Assembly: GCA_963708075.1 (NCBI GenBank)
Contig: OY970194.1
Coordinates: 7,392,001 to 7,456,000 of the forward strand
Direction: 5' to 3'
Source: Sedimentisphaerales bacterium
Lineage (GTDB): Bacteria; Planctomycetota; Phycisphaerae; Sedimentisphaerales; Anaerobacaceae
Length of the DNA stretch: 64,000 nt
Position numbers and translations under genes: made by a program. The notes beneath the pieces were generated by a model. That model was not told the origin of the DNA, searched no databases, and saw only the letters and a program-made list of their open reading frames with translations. Positions 42,453 to 52,396 of the stretch are shown here, in pieces (positions within the stretch are counted from its first letter, which is position 1; the number at the start of each line of letters is the position of its first letter).

Positions 42453-43100
42453 TTATCTGATCTTGTAGCTGATGGACATGCCGTCGTTTTTCTCCATGGA
42501 GGCTCGGATGATGACGGTATCGTAGTCGGGGCTAGTCTGGACGTAATCGAGATAGTCCTTCATCGCCCGGGCCGACTGAATCACGTTGTCGGCTACGACC
42601 ACAGCTCCTACTTTGAGCTTGGGCTCCAGGATTTTCAGGTACTTGAGATAGTCCTGCTTCAGGGCGTCGATGAAGACGAAGTCGACCGGGCCTTCAATAT
42701 TGGGCAGCGTCTTGAGGGCGTCACCTTCCACGACCGTGACGACATTTTCCATGCCGACCTTCGCCAGGTTCTCACGGGTTTCTTTGACGGCGGCCGGATT
42801 GATATCGTGGGTCCAGAGATGGCCGCCGGTCCGCTCGAAGGCGATCCCCATGTTGATCGCGCCGAACCCGGCGGCGGAGCCGACCTCGACGCCTCGCTTG
42901 GCGCCGGACGCCTCGACGAGGATGCGAAGCATCATTGCGTCGCCGGGGGCGGTGCTGAGGCTCGTTCGCTGGAAGTTGTCGAGGAATTGCTTCCTGAATT
43001 CAGGGCTTGTCTTATTCTGATCGGCGGCATAGACCATAATGCTGGCAAAGGACACTACGGCGATACACAGCATTGCGACAGCAAGGTGACGGTATTTCAT
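42453..43100 (-). CDS. Class I SAM-dependent O-methyltransferase with N-terminal signal peptide
   Basis: VEVGSAAG, GDAL, DFVFIDA and VVADNV; hydrophobic leader ending VYA. Confidence 0.9.
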   Translation of the reverse strand: MKYRHLAVAMLCIAVVSFASIMVYAADQNKTSPEFRKQFLDNFQRTSLSTAPGDAMMLRILVEASGAKRGVEVGSAAGFGAINMGIAFERTGGHLWTHDINPAAVKETRENLAKVGMENVVTVVEGDALKTLPNIEGPVDFVFIDALKQDYLKYLKILEPKLKVGAVVVADNVIQSARAMKDYLDYVQTSPDYDTVIIRASMEKNDGMSISYKIR

Positions 43101-43116
43101 TGTGAGCTCCAGGGCA

Positions 43117-43195
43117 ATTTTTGATTTACGATGTTTGATTTACGATTGTGGCGAAGCACGCTTTACGCTTCGCACTTCACACCTCAAACTGCTTG
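43117..43195. repeat. Heptamer-period low-complexity repeats between operon genes
   Basis: TTTGATTTACGAT twice at 14-nt spacing, then CTTTACG/CTTCGCA/CTTCACA/CCTCAAA. Confidence 0.6.
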
Positions 43196-43197
43196 CC

Positions 43198-44106
43198 TCA
43201 TGCCATCTCCACCAGGGCACTGTTGATTCGTTGGATGGCCTCGTCGATCTCGGCGGTGCTCTTGAAGCCGATCGTGACGGCATCGATCAAGCCGGACTGC
43301 ATGGCGAAGCGGATGGATTTCTCGCGATCTTCCGGCTTGGTGAAGCGGCCCTCGCCGATGATCTTCATGCCGATGACGCCCCGGCCCTTCTCATGCATCC
43401 GCTTGATCTGCTCCATAACAGGCGCCACGTGCGACGCATTACTCTCGGCGTTCCAGGACTTCGCATCCGCCGTATCCATCAGCGCGCCCTGTGGGTTGAC
43501 GCGGACCAGATGGACATCGACCCAGTCGAGCTCGACGCCCCGTGCCAGCGCAGGCAGACTGTGACAGGAGACGCCGTGCGCCCGAATGATCTTCTTTTCT
43601 TTGGCCTCCTGCATCGCGTCCATCACCCGCTTGCGTTCCTCTTCCCAGTTCGGCGTGATGGTGCAGTGGACGAGCAGGCTATCGATATAGTCGACGCCGT
43701 AGGTCTTGCGGTAGTTGTCGATCTCCTCCAGAGGTTTCTCCGGGTTGCCGCCCATCTTGGTCTGAATGAAGAGCTTCTCGCGTGGCAGCCCTTTGATGGC
43801 CTCCCCGAGCATTGTATGTGTCCGATATGACCGGGCGATATCGATGAACGTGATACCCTGGTCGTAGGCGTACCGGACGAGCTTGTTGAAGCCCTCCTGG
43901 CCAAGCTCCTGCTGGACCCGGCCGCTGCTGGTGCCGCAGCCAATCCCAAGCCGGCTGAGCTTCAGCCCCGTCTTGCCCAACGGCACCTGATCGATCGCAG
44001 TCTTCTTCCCGGCCGCCCGCGCCACCAGCGGTGACAGCAGGATCCCGCCCGCCACCGCAGCCGTCCTCTCGATGAATTGTCGTCTCGTGAATTCTCTTCT
44101 ATGCAT
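43198..44106 (-). CDS. Aldo/keto reductase with Tat signal
   Basis: TRRQFI; LGKTGLKLSRLGIG; IDIARSY; IQTK; LLVH. Confidence 0.92.
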   Translation of the reverse strand: MHRREFTRRQFIERTAAVAGGILLSPLVARAAGKKTAIDQVPLGKTGLKLSRLGIGCGTSSGRVQQELGQEGFNKLVRYAYDQGITFIDIARSYRTHTMLGEAIKGLPREKLFIQTKMGGNPEKPLEEIDNYRKTYGVDYIDSLLVHCTITPNWEEERKRVMDAMQEAKEKKIIRAHGVSCHSLPALARGVELDWVDVHLVRVNPQGALMDTADAKSWNAESNASHVAPVMEQIKRMHEKGRGVIGMKIIGEGRFTKPEDREKSIRFAMQSGLIDAVTIGFKSTAEIDEAIQRINSALVEMA

Positions 44107-44292
44107 GAGTGACTCCTCTTAACGTCATGGCTCTTTCACCACTCCGACCCGTGGCTTGTGCAAGTCGTACACGGCGCCGGCCAAACCCGGCACACCCTCC
44201 ATGCTGCCAAAACCGCCCCCAAAACGCAATCTTTTTGTCGCCCCACGCTTGATTGGGTGCGGTCGGCTTCCCGTGGCGGATTTGGACTCGGC

Positions 44293-44395
44293 GTAGGGCG
44301 AGCGTCCCCGCTCGTCCCCCCTCGGCTGTAGCCATGCACAATATCCCATCCGTTGCAAGGGCCGGGAATGGTCGTGCGGGGACGCACGATCTACG
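44293..44395. repeat. Inverted GTAG-type REP doublet (REPIN-like)
   Basis: GTAG-GGCGAGCGTCCCCGCTCGTCC ... GGTCGTGCGGGGACGCACGAT-CTAC. Confidence 0.65.
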
Positions 44396-44500
44396 AAGAG
44401 GCTCGCCGATTGCCACCGTATTCCGACCACACCCCCTTGATTCGCTGCCACAGGCCATGCTATCATCTCCAGGTGTCAAACAAACGAAAAGGAGGCCACT

Positions 44501-44977
44501 ATGACGAATAGCGATACTGTAGAATGTTGTCCGCGATTCAACCCTGAGCCCTGGGACGGAAAGGAGTTGTCCTGGAAGGACCGCAAGTTCGTGAAAGACC
44601 GGGTCCGCAGCTTCCTGCACATCCCCCTCAACTTCGGCTCGGTGATGGTACGCAACATGCAGCGGATCGAGGCGGCCGGCGCGAAGGCGGACGAGATGAT
44701 CGTGCTTTCCGACGAGAATTCGCTGTGGGGCGCGGACGTCTACATCAGCGTCAGCAAGGATGTCCCGAACGCGGACAACGTCACGATCTCCGGCACGTTT
44801 CTGAGCAAAGTGTTCGAAGGCCCGTACCAGCACGTGCACAAGTGGATCGAGGAGACGAAGAGCTTCGTCGCCTCCCGCGGCAAACAACTCAAGAAGCTGT
44901 ACTGCTACTACACCACCTGCCCCAAGTGCGCCAGGAAATACGGCAAGAATTATGTGGTGATCCTGGCTCAGGTATGA
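44501..44977 (+). CDS. Conserved hypothetical protein (GyrI-like, often labelled 'hydrolase')
   Basis: CCPRFNPEPWD, SKVFEGPY and YYTTCPKCARKYGKNYVV; AGGAGG RBS. Confidence 0.8.
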   Translation: MTNSDTVECCPRFNPEPWDGKELSWKDRKFVKDRVRSFLHIPLNFGSVMVRNMQRIEAAGAKADEMIVLSDENSLWGADVYISVSKDVPNADNVTISGTFLSKVFEGPYQHVHKWIEETKSFVASRGKQLKKLYCYYTTCPKCARKYGKNYVVILAQV

Positions 44978-45000
44978 GTGGCCTTTTGCCGCACTGCGCC

Positions 45001-45029
45001 TTGATTTGCCCGGCGAACTGTGGTATCAT
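45001..45029 (+). promoter_or_regulatory. Putative sigma70 promoter of the toxin-antitoxin operon
   Basis: TTGATT-N17-TATCAT with TG extension. Confidence 0.55.
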
Positions 45030-45131
45030 GCCATCAGTTGTAGAAGGGGGGGCAGGCGTCGACGTTGAGGATGTCTGAGACGATAAACCGACAAACGCCG
45101 CAGGGTGCGCAAGAGAGTACTGGAGGCTATA

Positions 45132-45320
45132 GTGAATACAGCGAAAGACGAAGTTCAATCCTTGCTCCAGAAGCTGCCTGATGACTGCACGTTGGAGGAC
45201 GTTCAATATCACCTCTATGTGATTGAGAAGATACGCAAAGGCATTGAAAGAGCCGAGACCGAGGGAGCAGTCCCCCAGGAGGAAGTCGAAAGGCGGCTCA
45301 GCAAATGGATTTCAAAGTAA
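45132..45320 (+). CDS. Putative antitoxin
   Basis: 62 aa; LPDDCTLEDVQYHLYVIEKIRKG; overlaps the toxin start; GGAGG RBS. Confidence 0.8.
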   Translation: MNTAKDEVQSLLQKLPDDCTLEDVQYHLYVIEKIRKGIERAETEGAVPQEEVERRLSKWISK

Positions 45321-45619
45321 CCTGGTCCCCTGAAGCTATCGAAGACTTGGAGTCGATCACGGAGTATATCGGTCGGGACTCTGAGTTCTACGCTCGGGCG
45401 GTTGCGACCAGAATCGTGGAGATGGCTCGTGGCATCGGGAGTTTTCCTTGGATTGGGCGCGTGGTGCCGGAACTGGGGGATGAGAAGATCAGAGAACGCT
45501 TGGTCTACAGCTATCGGGTCGTATATCGGGTGGAGGAGAACCGAATCCTCGTTGTGGCGGTGATCCATGGAAAGCGGCTGATCGAGAATATCGCGGACAG
45601 GTTTGGAGGCGACGAGTGA
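45305..45619 (+). CDS. RelE/ParE-family type II toxin
   Basis: VTWSPEAIEDLESI, FPWIGRVVPE, YRVVYRV and VIHGKR. Confidence 0.9.
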   Translation: MDFKVTWSPEAIEDLESITEYIGRDSEFYARAVATRIVEMARGIGSFPWIGRVVPELGDEKIRERLVYSYRVVYRVEENRILVVAVIHGKRLIENIADRFGGDE

Positions 45620-45658
45620 CAACCGCCGGCGAACTGAGTGAGGTGGGGGCTTGTGCCG

Positions 45659-45952
45659 ATGATTCATGACGTCATTGCAGCCGTTTACAGAGGCGACTAC
45701 CGCATCGAACTCGAATTTGACGATGGTCAGCGGGGAGTCGTGGACTTCGCCAGGTACGTCGAACAAGGCGGCGTCATTGAACGGCTCAGGGATATGGATT
45801 TCTTCCGGAGTTTCTCGGTCAATAAGGAGCTTGGCGTCCTGACTTGGGCAGATGAAATCGACATCGCTCCCGAAACGCTCTATGCAGAAGTGACCGGCAG
45901 TGCTCTGCCCGAGTGGATGGAGTCCAAGGACAGCGGCAACGCGAGCTGCTGA
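45659..45952 (+). CDS. DUF2442-family protein
   Basis: YRIELEFDDG..GVVD and LTWADEIDIAPETLY. Confidence 0.85.
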   Translation: MIHDVIAAVYRGDYRIELEFDDGQRGVVDFARYVEQGGVIERLRDMDFFRSFSVNKELGVLTWADEIDIAPETLYAEVTGSALPEWMESKDSGNASC

Positions 45953-46003
45953 TCATACTGAGGCTGCTAAAGACAGTAGAGTTTTGATTGAGGGGATAGG
46001 CAT

Positions 46004-46561
46004 ATGAAGCCATTCTACACAGTTGACGCGGGCGAGTTTCTTATCGGCTCAATGATTGAGAGGGAATGCCCCGGTGTATCCCTGTGGTTTCCAGCCAAGG
46101 ACGAAGGCGATGATCTGCTTCTGCTCAATCCGCAAGCCGAGGCATACTGCACCGTCCAAATCAAAGTGTCCCGAGACTACTTGGCCACGCATATGGACAC
46201 GATGTTCCATCCCTGTCTTGAGTGCTGTGGATGGTTCACGCCCAGACGCAGTAAGATCGAGAAGAGCACATCACATCTCTGGATTCTTGGACTTCACTCC
46301 TATGGACATCGGCGACTTAGTGTTCTGGTAATCCCCCCTCAAGAACTGCTCAGACGATATGACATCATTCATGGGCGCCGTGAGAGCCTTCAGAGCTATT
46401 TCTGGCTCACTAAGAACGGACGAGTCTATGAGACTCGGGGGCTCTCAAAGGAAGATCAGGTGCGGATTGCTGAAGGCCGGTATGAGTCGCCACCCGAAAG
46501 AGACTTCACGGGCTTCTTGGGCAGTTGGTCGAAGTTGAAGAGAAGACTCAAGATGAAATAA
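46004..46561 (+). CDS. Hypothetical protein with PD-(D/E)XK-like motif
   Basis: AGEFLI, DEGDDLLL and VQIKVS pattern. Confidence 0.6.
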   Translation: MKPFYTVDAGEFLIGSMIERECPGVSLWFPAKDEGDDLLLLNPQAEAYCTVQIKVSRDYLATHMDTMFHPCLECCGWFTPRRSKIEKSTSHLWILGLHSYGHRRLSVLVIPPQELLRRYDIIHGRRESLQSYFWLTKNGRVYETRGLSKEDQVRIAEGRYESPPERDFTGFLGSWSKLKRRLKMK

Positions 46562-46594
46562 GTGGCAAGGAACCCGCATGGCCTGGGTGATGAG

Positions 46595-47759
46595 TCACGA
46601 TTCGCGCGAGGTTCGGGTGAGGCGCTTGAGGGCGGAGTCTTTGTCGGTAGGGGCCATGTGGCTGTGGCGGACGGCTTCGGCTAAGGTCGTAATCGTTTGG
46701 TCGTAGGTGCGGCGGTCTACGGGGTAGGGGGTTCTCGTCTTTGCCGCCGTGGGCGAAGGAGTAGCGGGCGGGATCCTCGTAGGAGGGCTTGGCGCCGTAG
46801 ATCACTTCGCCGACCAGGGACAGGGCGCGGACGGTCTTGGGACCGACGCCTTCGGTGGCGATCAGTTGCTCGTAGTTCTTCGGGCGAGTGTCACAGAGCA
46901 GGCGAAGGATTTTCTCCAGGTACCGGCTTTTTGAGAAGTCCTCGGTCAGGACCGGGTGCCGGGTGAACTCGGTGTTCTCCAGTTGCAGGAAGGTCAGTTG
47001 TTCGCCTTCTCTTTGGATGCTGATCATCTTGCTCAGCGGCGAGGCGTGGGCGCGGAGGATTTCGATGTCCTTCATCAGCGGCCGATAGCCGGCGTCCACC
47101 ATCTCGACGCTGAGCTGCCGGGACGATTCGCTGCCGCGGGCGGTCAGGTTAAGCAAGTGCTGCCGGCGGCTCGGGGCGACGATACCGGTGTGCGGCTCGC
47201 AGACCAGGTCGTGGACGTTCTCGGAGAACCAGTGATACCGGCGGGCGGAGGCGTCGGCCTCATTCATACCCTGCTGCACGACGGCCCAGGCGCCGTTGCG
47301 GGAGAAGAAGAACGCGTGATGGTAGATCTGGTAGCCGTCCTGGACCAGCGAGTTGTCCACTTTGGCTGCCATGCGTGAGTTGTAGACGAGATTATTGACG
47401 GAGCCGTCGGGCAGGCTGAGTTGATCGCCCCAGGCGGCGATTTCGTCGGGGGTCTTGCGTGAGGTCTTGCCCTTACCGCCGCAGATAAACAGGCCGAGGT
47501 CCTTCTCCTCGTGTCGGATGGCCTCCTTCAGGGCCGCGGTCAGGATGGTGGTCAGGCCGGAGGCGTTCCAGTCGAAGGCCAGCACCGTGCCGAGCGATTG
47601 GAACCACACCGGGTCTGCGATCCGGCGGACGAACTCATCCGGCCCGTACTCGGCCACCAGGACCCGCACCATCTCCCGGCCCAGCTTGACCATCCGCTGG
47701 AACAGCCACGGCGGGCACCGGCCGGTGTCCAACGTGAATGTGGCAATGCCTCTACGCAT
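46595..47759 (-). CDS. DUF763-family protein with a +1 frameshift near 46733
   Basis: WFQSLGTVLAFDWNASGLTT and AAKVDNSLVQDGYQIYHH; removing one base gives SFAHGGKD(E/G)TPYPVDRRTYDQTI and a stop at 46595. Confidence 0.88.
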
Positions 47760-47908
47760 GTGGATATCCTATCGGCAGCGAGCCCATCCTTCCCCTTTTA
47801 TCTGTCTACACGAAACGCTTCCACGGAATACTATCCACTTTCTGGCATGGGAGTTCAGTGCGGATGCGGAAATGAAGTGTTACTGCAAGATAGTTGCGAC
47901 TGAAGTAG

Positions 47909-48724
47909 TTAGTAGTCCTTGAATTTCCTCATCCATTCGGGCCATTCGGTGGGTTGGACGCCGCCGCTTCGGGTCAAGCGGCCCCGCGGATCGAACTGCT
48001 TGTGCCACTTGACGGTCCACAACTCTTTGAGATCCACCGAACGGACGGACCAGTCAAGGAACAGGTGGTTGGTCGAGCCGCTGTGCCGGTCGATACAGAA
48101 GTGTCTCATCTCAGAGTTGGCGTTGACCCACTCGCCGTTATAAGTCGGCGGGTCAATTCGATTGCTGTCTTTGTAAGTGGGCGCACCGCCGCGCCACATG
48201 GTGTCGGCGAAGACGGGGATGCTGTTCAGACTGCCCTTGGTGTTTATGTTTCGCCAATAGCATTCGGATGGGCGGCCTTGGATAATGGCCACGCCCGAAG
48301 GCGGATTGAACAGCCAACTGTTCTGCCCGTAGCTACATTCCTCTTGGAGGTTTCCTGGTCCGCCGGCCCCCATGACGTAGGTGTTGAAGGGACCGCCGTG
48401 GGCTTCGCCGCTTGGCAGACGCTTGGTCGCCACGGGGCAGCGGAGGATTTCCGATCTCGTCTCGTACAGTGACCGCAGCGCGAGTATCCATTCGCCGCGC
48501 GTCCAATCCACGTCATCGAGGTTCCCGCTGGGGAAAGAGCCCTCGTTGTCGTTGCAGTACATGTACCAGATGGGGCCCCATTGCTTGAGGGTGGCCCGGC
48601 AGGCGACGGCGCGGGCCTGCTTCTTGACTCGGGACAGGGCGGGCATCAGGATCCCCATCAGCAACGCAATAATGGCGATGACGACAAGCAGCTCGATCAA
48701 GGTGAAGGCGTTGCGTTTGCTCAC
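47909..48724 (-). CDS. Prepilin-type N-terminal cleavage/methylation protein (DUF1559-like) with H-X9-DW variant
   Basis: AFTLIELLVVIAIIALLMGILMPAL; RHSGSTNHLFLDWSV; GTG at 48724 follows AGGAG. Confidence 0.9.
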   Translation of the reverse strand: MSKRNAFTLIELLVVIAIIALLMGILMPALSRVKKQARAVACRATLKQWGPIWYMYCNDNEGSFPSGNLDDVDWTRGEWILALRSLYETRSEILRCPVATKRLPSGEAHGGPFNTYVMGAGGPGNLQEECSYGQNSWLFNPPSGVAIIQGRPSECYWRNINTKGSLNSIPVFADTMWRGGAPTYKDSNRIDPPTYNGEWVNANSEMRHFCIDRHSGSTNHLFLDWSVRSVDLKELWTVKWHKQFDPRGRLTRSGGVQPTEWPEWMRKFKDY

Positions 48725-49457
48725 GGCGAAGCTCCTGAATACGAGCGTGTTCGATTCCATGCCGCACATGTGCCCGCACGGCAGCCAAGGCACTACCCGT
48801 GCTACCGACAGCGTTGCATCGCAGTTGTGATAAACCCAGTATAAACGGTGGGGGGCCGCGACGCAATAGATGACCAGCCACAAACGTCCTGTAAATGCAT
48901 TATTATGCGCCCCAGCGGTTATCTTCCCACAAGAGAATACGAAAGAGTCCGCCAGGCTGAACAAGGGTATCGCTGTTAAGTCCTTTTCTGTAAGGAATTT
49001 ATATTCTCAGGCTCGATGGTTTGGCGTTCATTCAATCCGTCTCTTGAATTAGTCTTGGCACGTGTCGGCCGATGTGATATGATCGGGAACGAATGGGGAC
49101 CGGGCGAATCAGGGTTCATTATCGTCCCGGGCCTCGGCAGCATCTCGGAACAGGAGGCAACGGTGACGCACGCCATGACACAAATGGGTACGGCTGCTAC
49201 ATGCGATAATTGTCTCCCTATAAACACTCGGAATCTCTTCAGTCAACACCCTGGCAATAAGATCGCGCAGACGCTCTGTGGCCTGCGCCGGTTTGAGGCG
49301 CTGTAGAAGCCGACACAGAGACAGGATGTGCCTGCGGTGTCACACGGCAGGCAGAGTATACTGCAGAGCCAAGGGCTCTGTTGATGGACGCAAACGTATC
49401 TGGTTGTGACTGTGTAAGAGGCGCACTTGTGAACCGTCGGCAAGAAGGAGGACGACC

Positions 49458-52320
49458 GTGTGTAAGACGCGAGCGATGATGACAACAGTGATGCTGATTG
49501 TCGGGCTCATCGGCCCGGCAGCGATTGGACAGGGTGATCCAAACCTCATGGGCTGGTGGAAATTCGACGGTGACGCATCGGACGCGTCGGGGAACGGGCG
49601 TGACGGTACGCTGGTTGGAGACGCCACGTTCTCGCCCGGCCTGCTTGGCCAGGCGCTCGTCCTGGACGGCACCGGGGATTATGTCAACGTCGTCGGTTAC
49701 AAGGGCGTTCTGGGCGCGAACGCCTTCAGCGTTGCGCTGTGGATCAACACGACGGGCAGCGGCACGATGATCAACTGGGGCACTCAGGCCGCCGCCCAGC
49801 GTGTGGACTTCCGCGTGGACGTGGGCCGGCTTCGCATGGAGCACGGCAACGGTAACGTGCAGGGCAACACCGTGCTGAACGACGGCCAATGGCATCATGT
49901 CGCGTTGACGGTCGTGGCGGGGGCCACCATGACTTATCCGAATGTCACGGTCTATGTGGACGGCGTGGACGACAGCAAGCCGATGATTGCCGGTCCCGCG
50001 TTCGACCTTGTGGCCAACGCGGATTTCACAATCGGCCGTCGCCAGACGAATAGCGACCGGGCATTCATGGGTTGGCTGGATGATGTTCGCCTCTACAATA
50101 GAGTTCTGACGGCCGCCGAGGTTCAGGCACTGGCCGCGCGTCCGAGGGCCTATAACCCCAATCCCCCCTCAGGGGCTGAGGGGGTCGTTTTTCCCCTCCT
50201 CAGTTGGCAGCCTCGCAAGACGGCCATCTGGCATGATGTCTATCTCGGCACTAGCCCCGAGCTGGGACCGGGCGATCTTGTTGCGCCTCACTGGAGGTCT
50301 GCCACATATATCTACCCCGGTCTGATTCCTGGAATGACCTACTACTGGAAAGTGGACGAGATCGAACAGGATGGAACGGTGTATCCGGGCGACGTGTGGA
50401 GCTTCACGTTTGCCTCCTTCCAGGCGTGGAAGCCCGCGCCGGCGGATGGCGAGTCGGCCACGGACCCGAACCTGACGCTCACATGGATGCCGGGATTGAG
50501 CGGCCTTTATCACGAAGTGTACTTCGGTACCGACAAGGCAGCCGTCACCGACGGCGCCGCAGATACGTTCAAAGGCCGGCAGGACGTCATGACTTATGCC
50601 ACCGGCCTGCTGCCGCCCAAGACGACCTACTACTGGCGGGTCGATGAAGTCAATGAGGCGGGCGGGAAGATCAAAGGTCTGGTCTGGACTTTCACCACGC
50701 TGCCTGCGATTTCCATCGCCGATCCGAATCTGGTGGGCTGGTGGACGTTTGATGAGGGCCAGGGCACGCGCACCGTGGACTGGTCGGGTCATGGCCACCA
50801 CGGTACACTGAATGGCACGCCGACCTGGATGGACGGATACGATGGGGCGGCGCTGGCCTTCGATGGAGCGCGGTCCGGTGATTACATCGAGGTACACGAT
50901 TATCCCGGTGTGCTCGGCAAGCGCGATCGCACGGTTGCCGCCTGGATTCAGACGATCACCACCGGCGATATCATGGCCTGGGGCATGGCCACTGCCAACT
51001 CGCAGAAGTGGACTTTCCGCGTGCAGGACGAGAATGGGAACCGTGGGACCATCCGTGTCGAGTGCCAGGGCGGGCGTATCGTTGGCTGGACGGACCTGCG
51101 CGATGGGGAATGGCATCACGTCGCCGCCATACTGAGAAGCGCCGGCGAGCCCACGATCCTGGATGTCGGACTTTACGTCGACGGCGTGCAGGAAGCGGTC
51201 AGCGACTCGCTGTCGATGGCCATCGATACAGTCGGCGGTGATCGCAACGTGCGGATCGGCGATAGCCATCAGAACCGACCAGTCACCGGCCTGCTTGATG
51301 ATGTCCGTATTTATGACAGGGCGCTGAGCGAGGAGGAACTGGATGCGGTCATGAGGATCGACCCGCAGCGGGCCTGGAGGCCGTATCCGGCTACCGGTTC
51401 TATTGTGGATATTCGGATGGCGACACCGCTGACATGGTCCGCCGGCGATAGTGCCACGAAGCACGATGTGTATCTTGGCACGGACGCGGCGGCGGTGGCG
51501 GACGCTAATCAGCGCCGCCACGACGGGGATCTACCAGGGGCAGACCAACGTGACCAGCCTTGCCCCCGCGGGAGACCTTCAATGGGGACAGAAGTACTTC
51601 TGGCGAGTGGATGAGATCGCCGCGGACGGCACTGTCACGACCGGGAGAGTCTGGAGCTTCACGGTGGCGGCCTACCTGATCGTCGATGATTTCGAGAGCT
51701 ACACGAATGACAGTCCCAACCGTGTCTTCCAGGCATGGATCGACGGCATGGGCTTCTCGGCGGACGAGTACTTCCCGCAGGCTAATTCGGGCAACGGCAG
51801 CAATGCCGCCGTGGGCTACGACATCTGGAGCCCCACCAGCCCGTACTACAATGGACGAATCATGGAGCGGGCAAACGTTTACAGCGGCTCACAAGCGATG
51901 CCGATGGACTACAACAACACCGTTCCCCTGTACTTTTCCGAGGCCGAGCGGACGTGGGCGACGCCGCAGAACTGGTTGTTCAATGATGTCAACACGCTCG
52001 TGTTGCACTTCCGTGGCGAGCCGACGAACTCCCTGCCGGTAGCGCCGGGCGGCCTCTACATTGCCGTGCGGGACTCCTCGAACCGAACCGCTGTCGCAGT
52101 CCATCCGGATCCGGCGGCGGTGACGAGTGCCGCCTGGCAGCGGTGGACGATCGATCTGGCGGAATTGAAGTCGGCCGGCGTGAACCTCAAGGCGGTCGAG
52201 AAGATGTATGTCGGCGTAGGGGATCGGAGCAATCCCCAACCCGGTGGCGCCGGTCGGTTGTACATCGATGATATCCGCATCTCCAACGGTGTTCCGGTGG
52301 AGCCAAATGCAGTGCCCTAG
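49458..52320 (+). CDS. Secreted modular protein with 2 LamG domains, 3 Fn3/Ig repeats and the C-terminal domain without insert; +1 frameshift near 51510
   Basis: ORFs 49458-51614 and 51451-52320 join at ADAN(c)SAATTGIYQ by comparison with the paralog at 52397. Confidence 0.82.
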
Positions 52321-52396
52321 ACCTCCTGGTATGGGCGTTTCTGGTTGTGAGCGGGTGACGGCGACCCGCGCGAACTGTCTTTGAAGGAGGACGACC

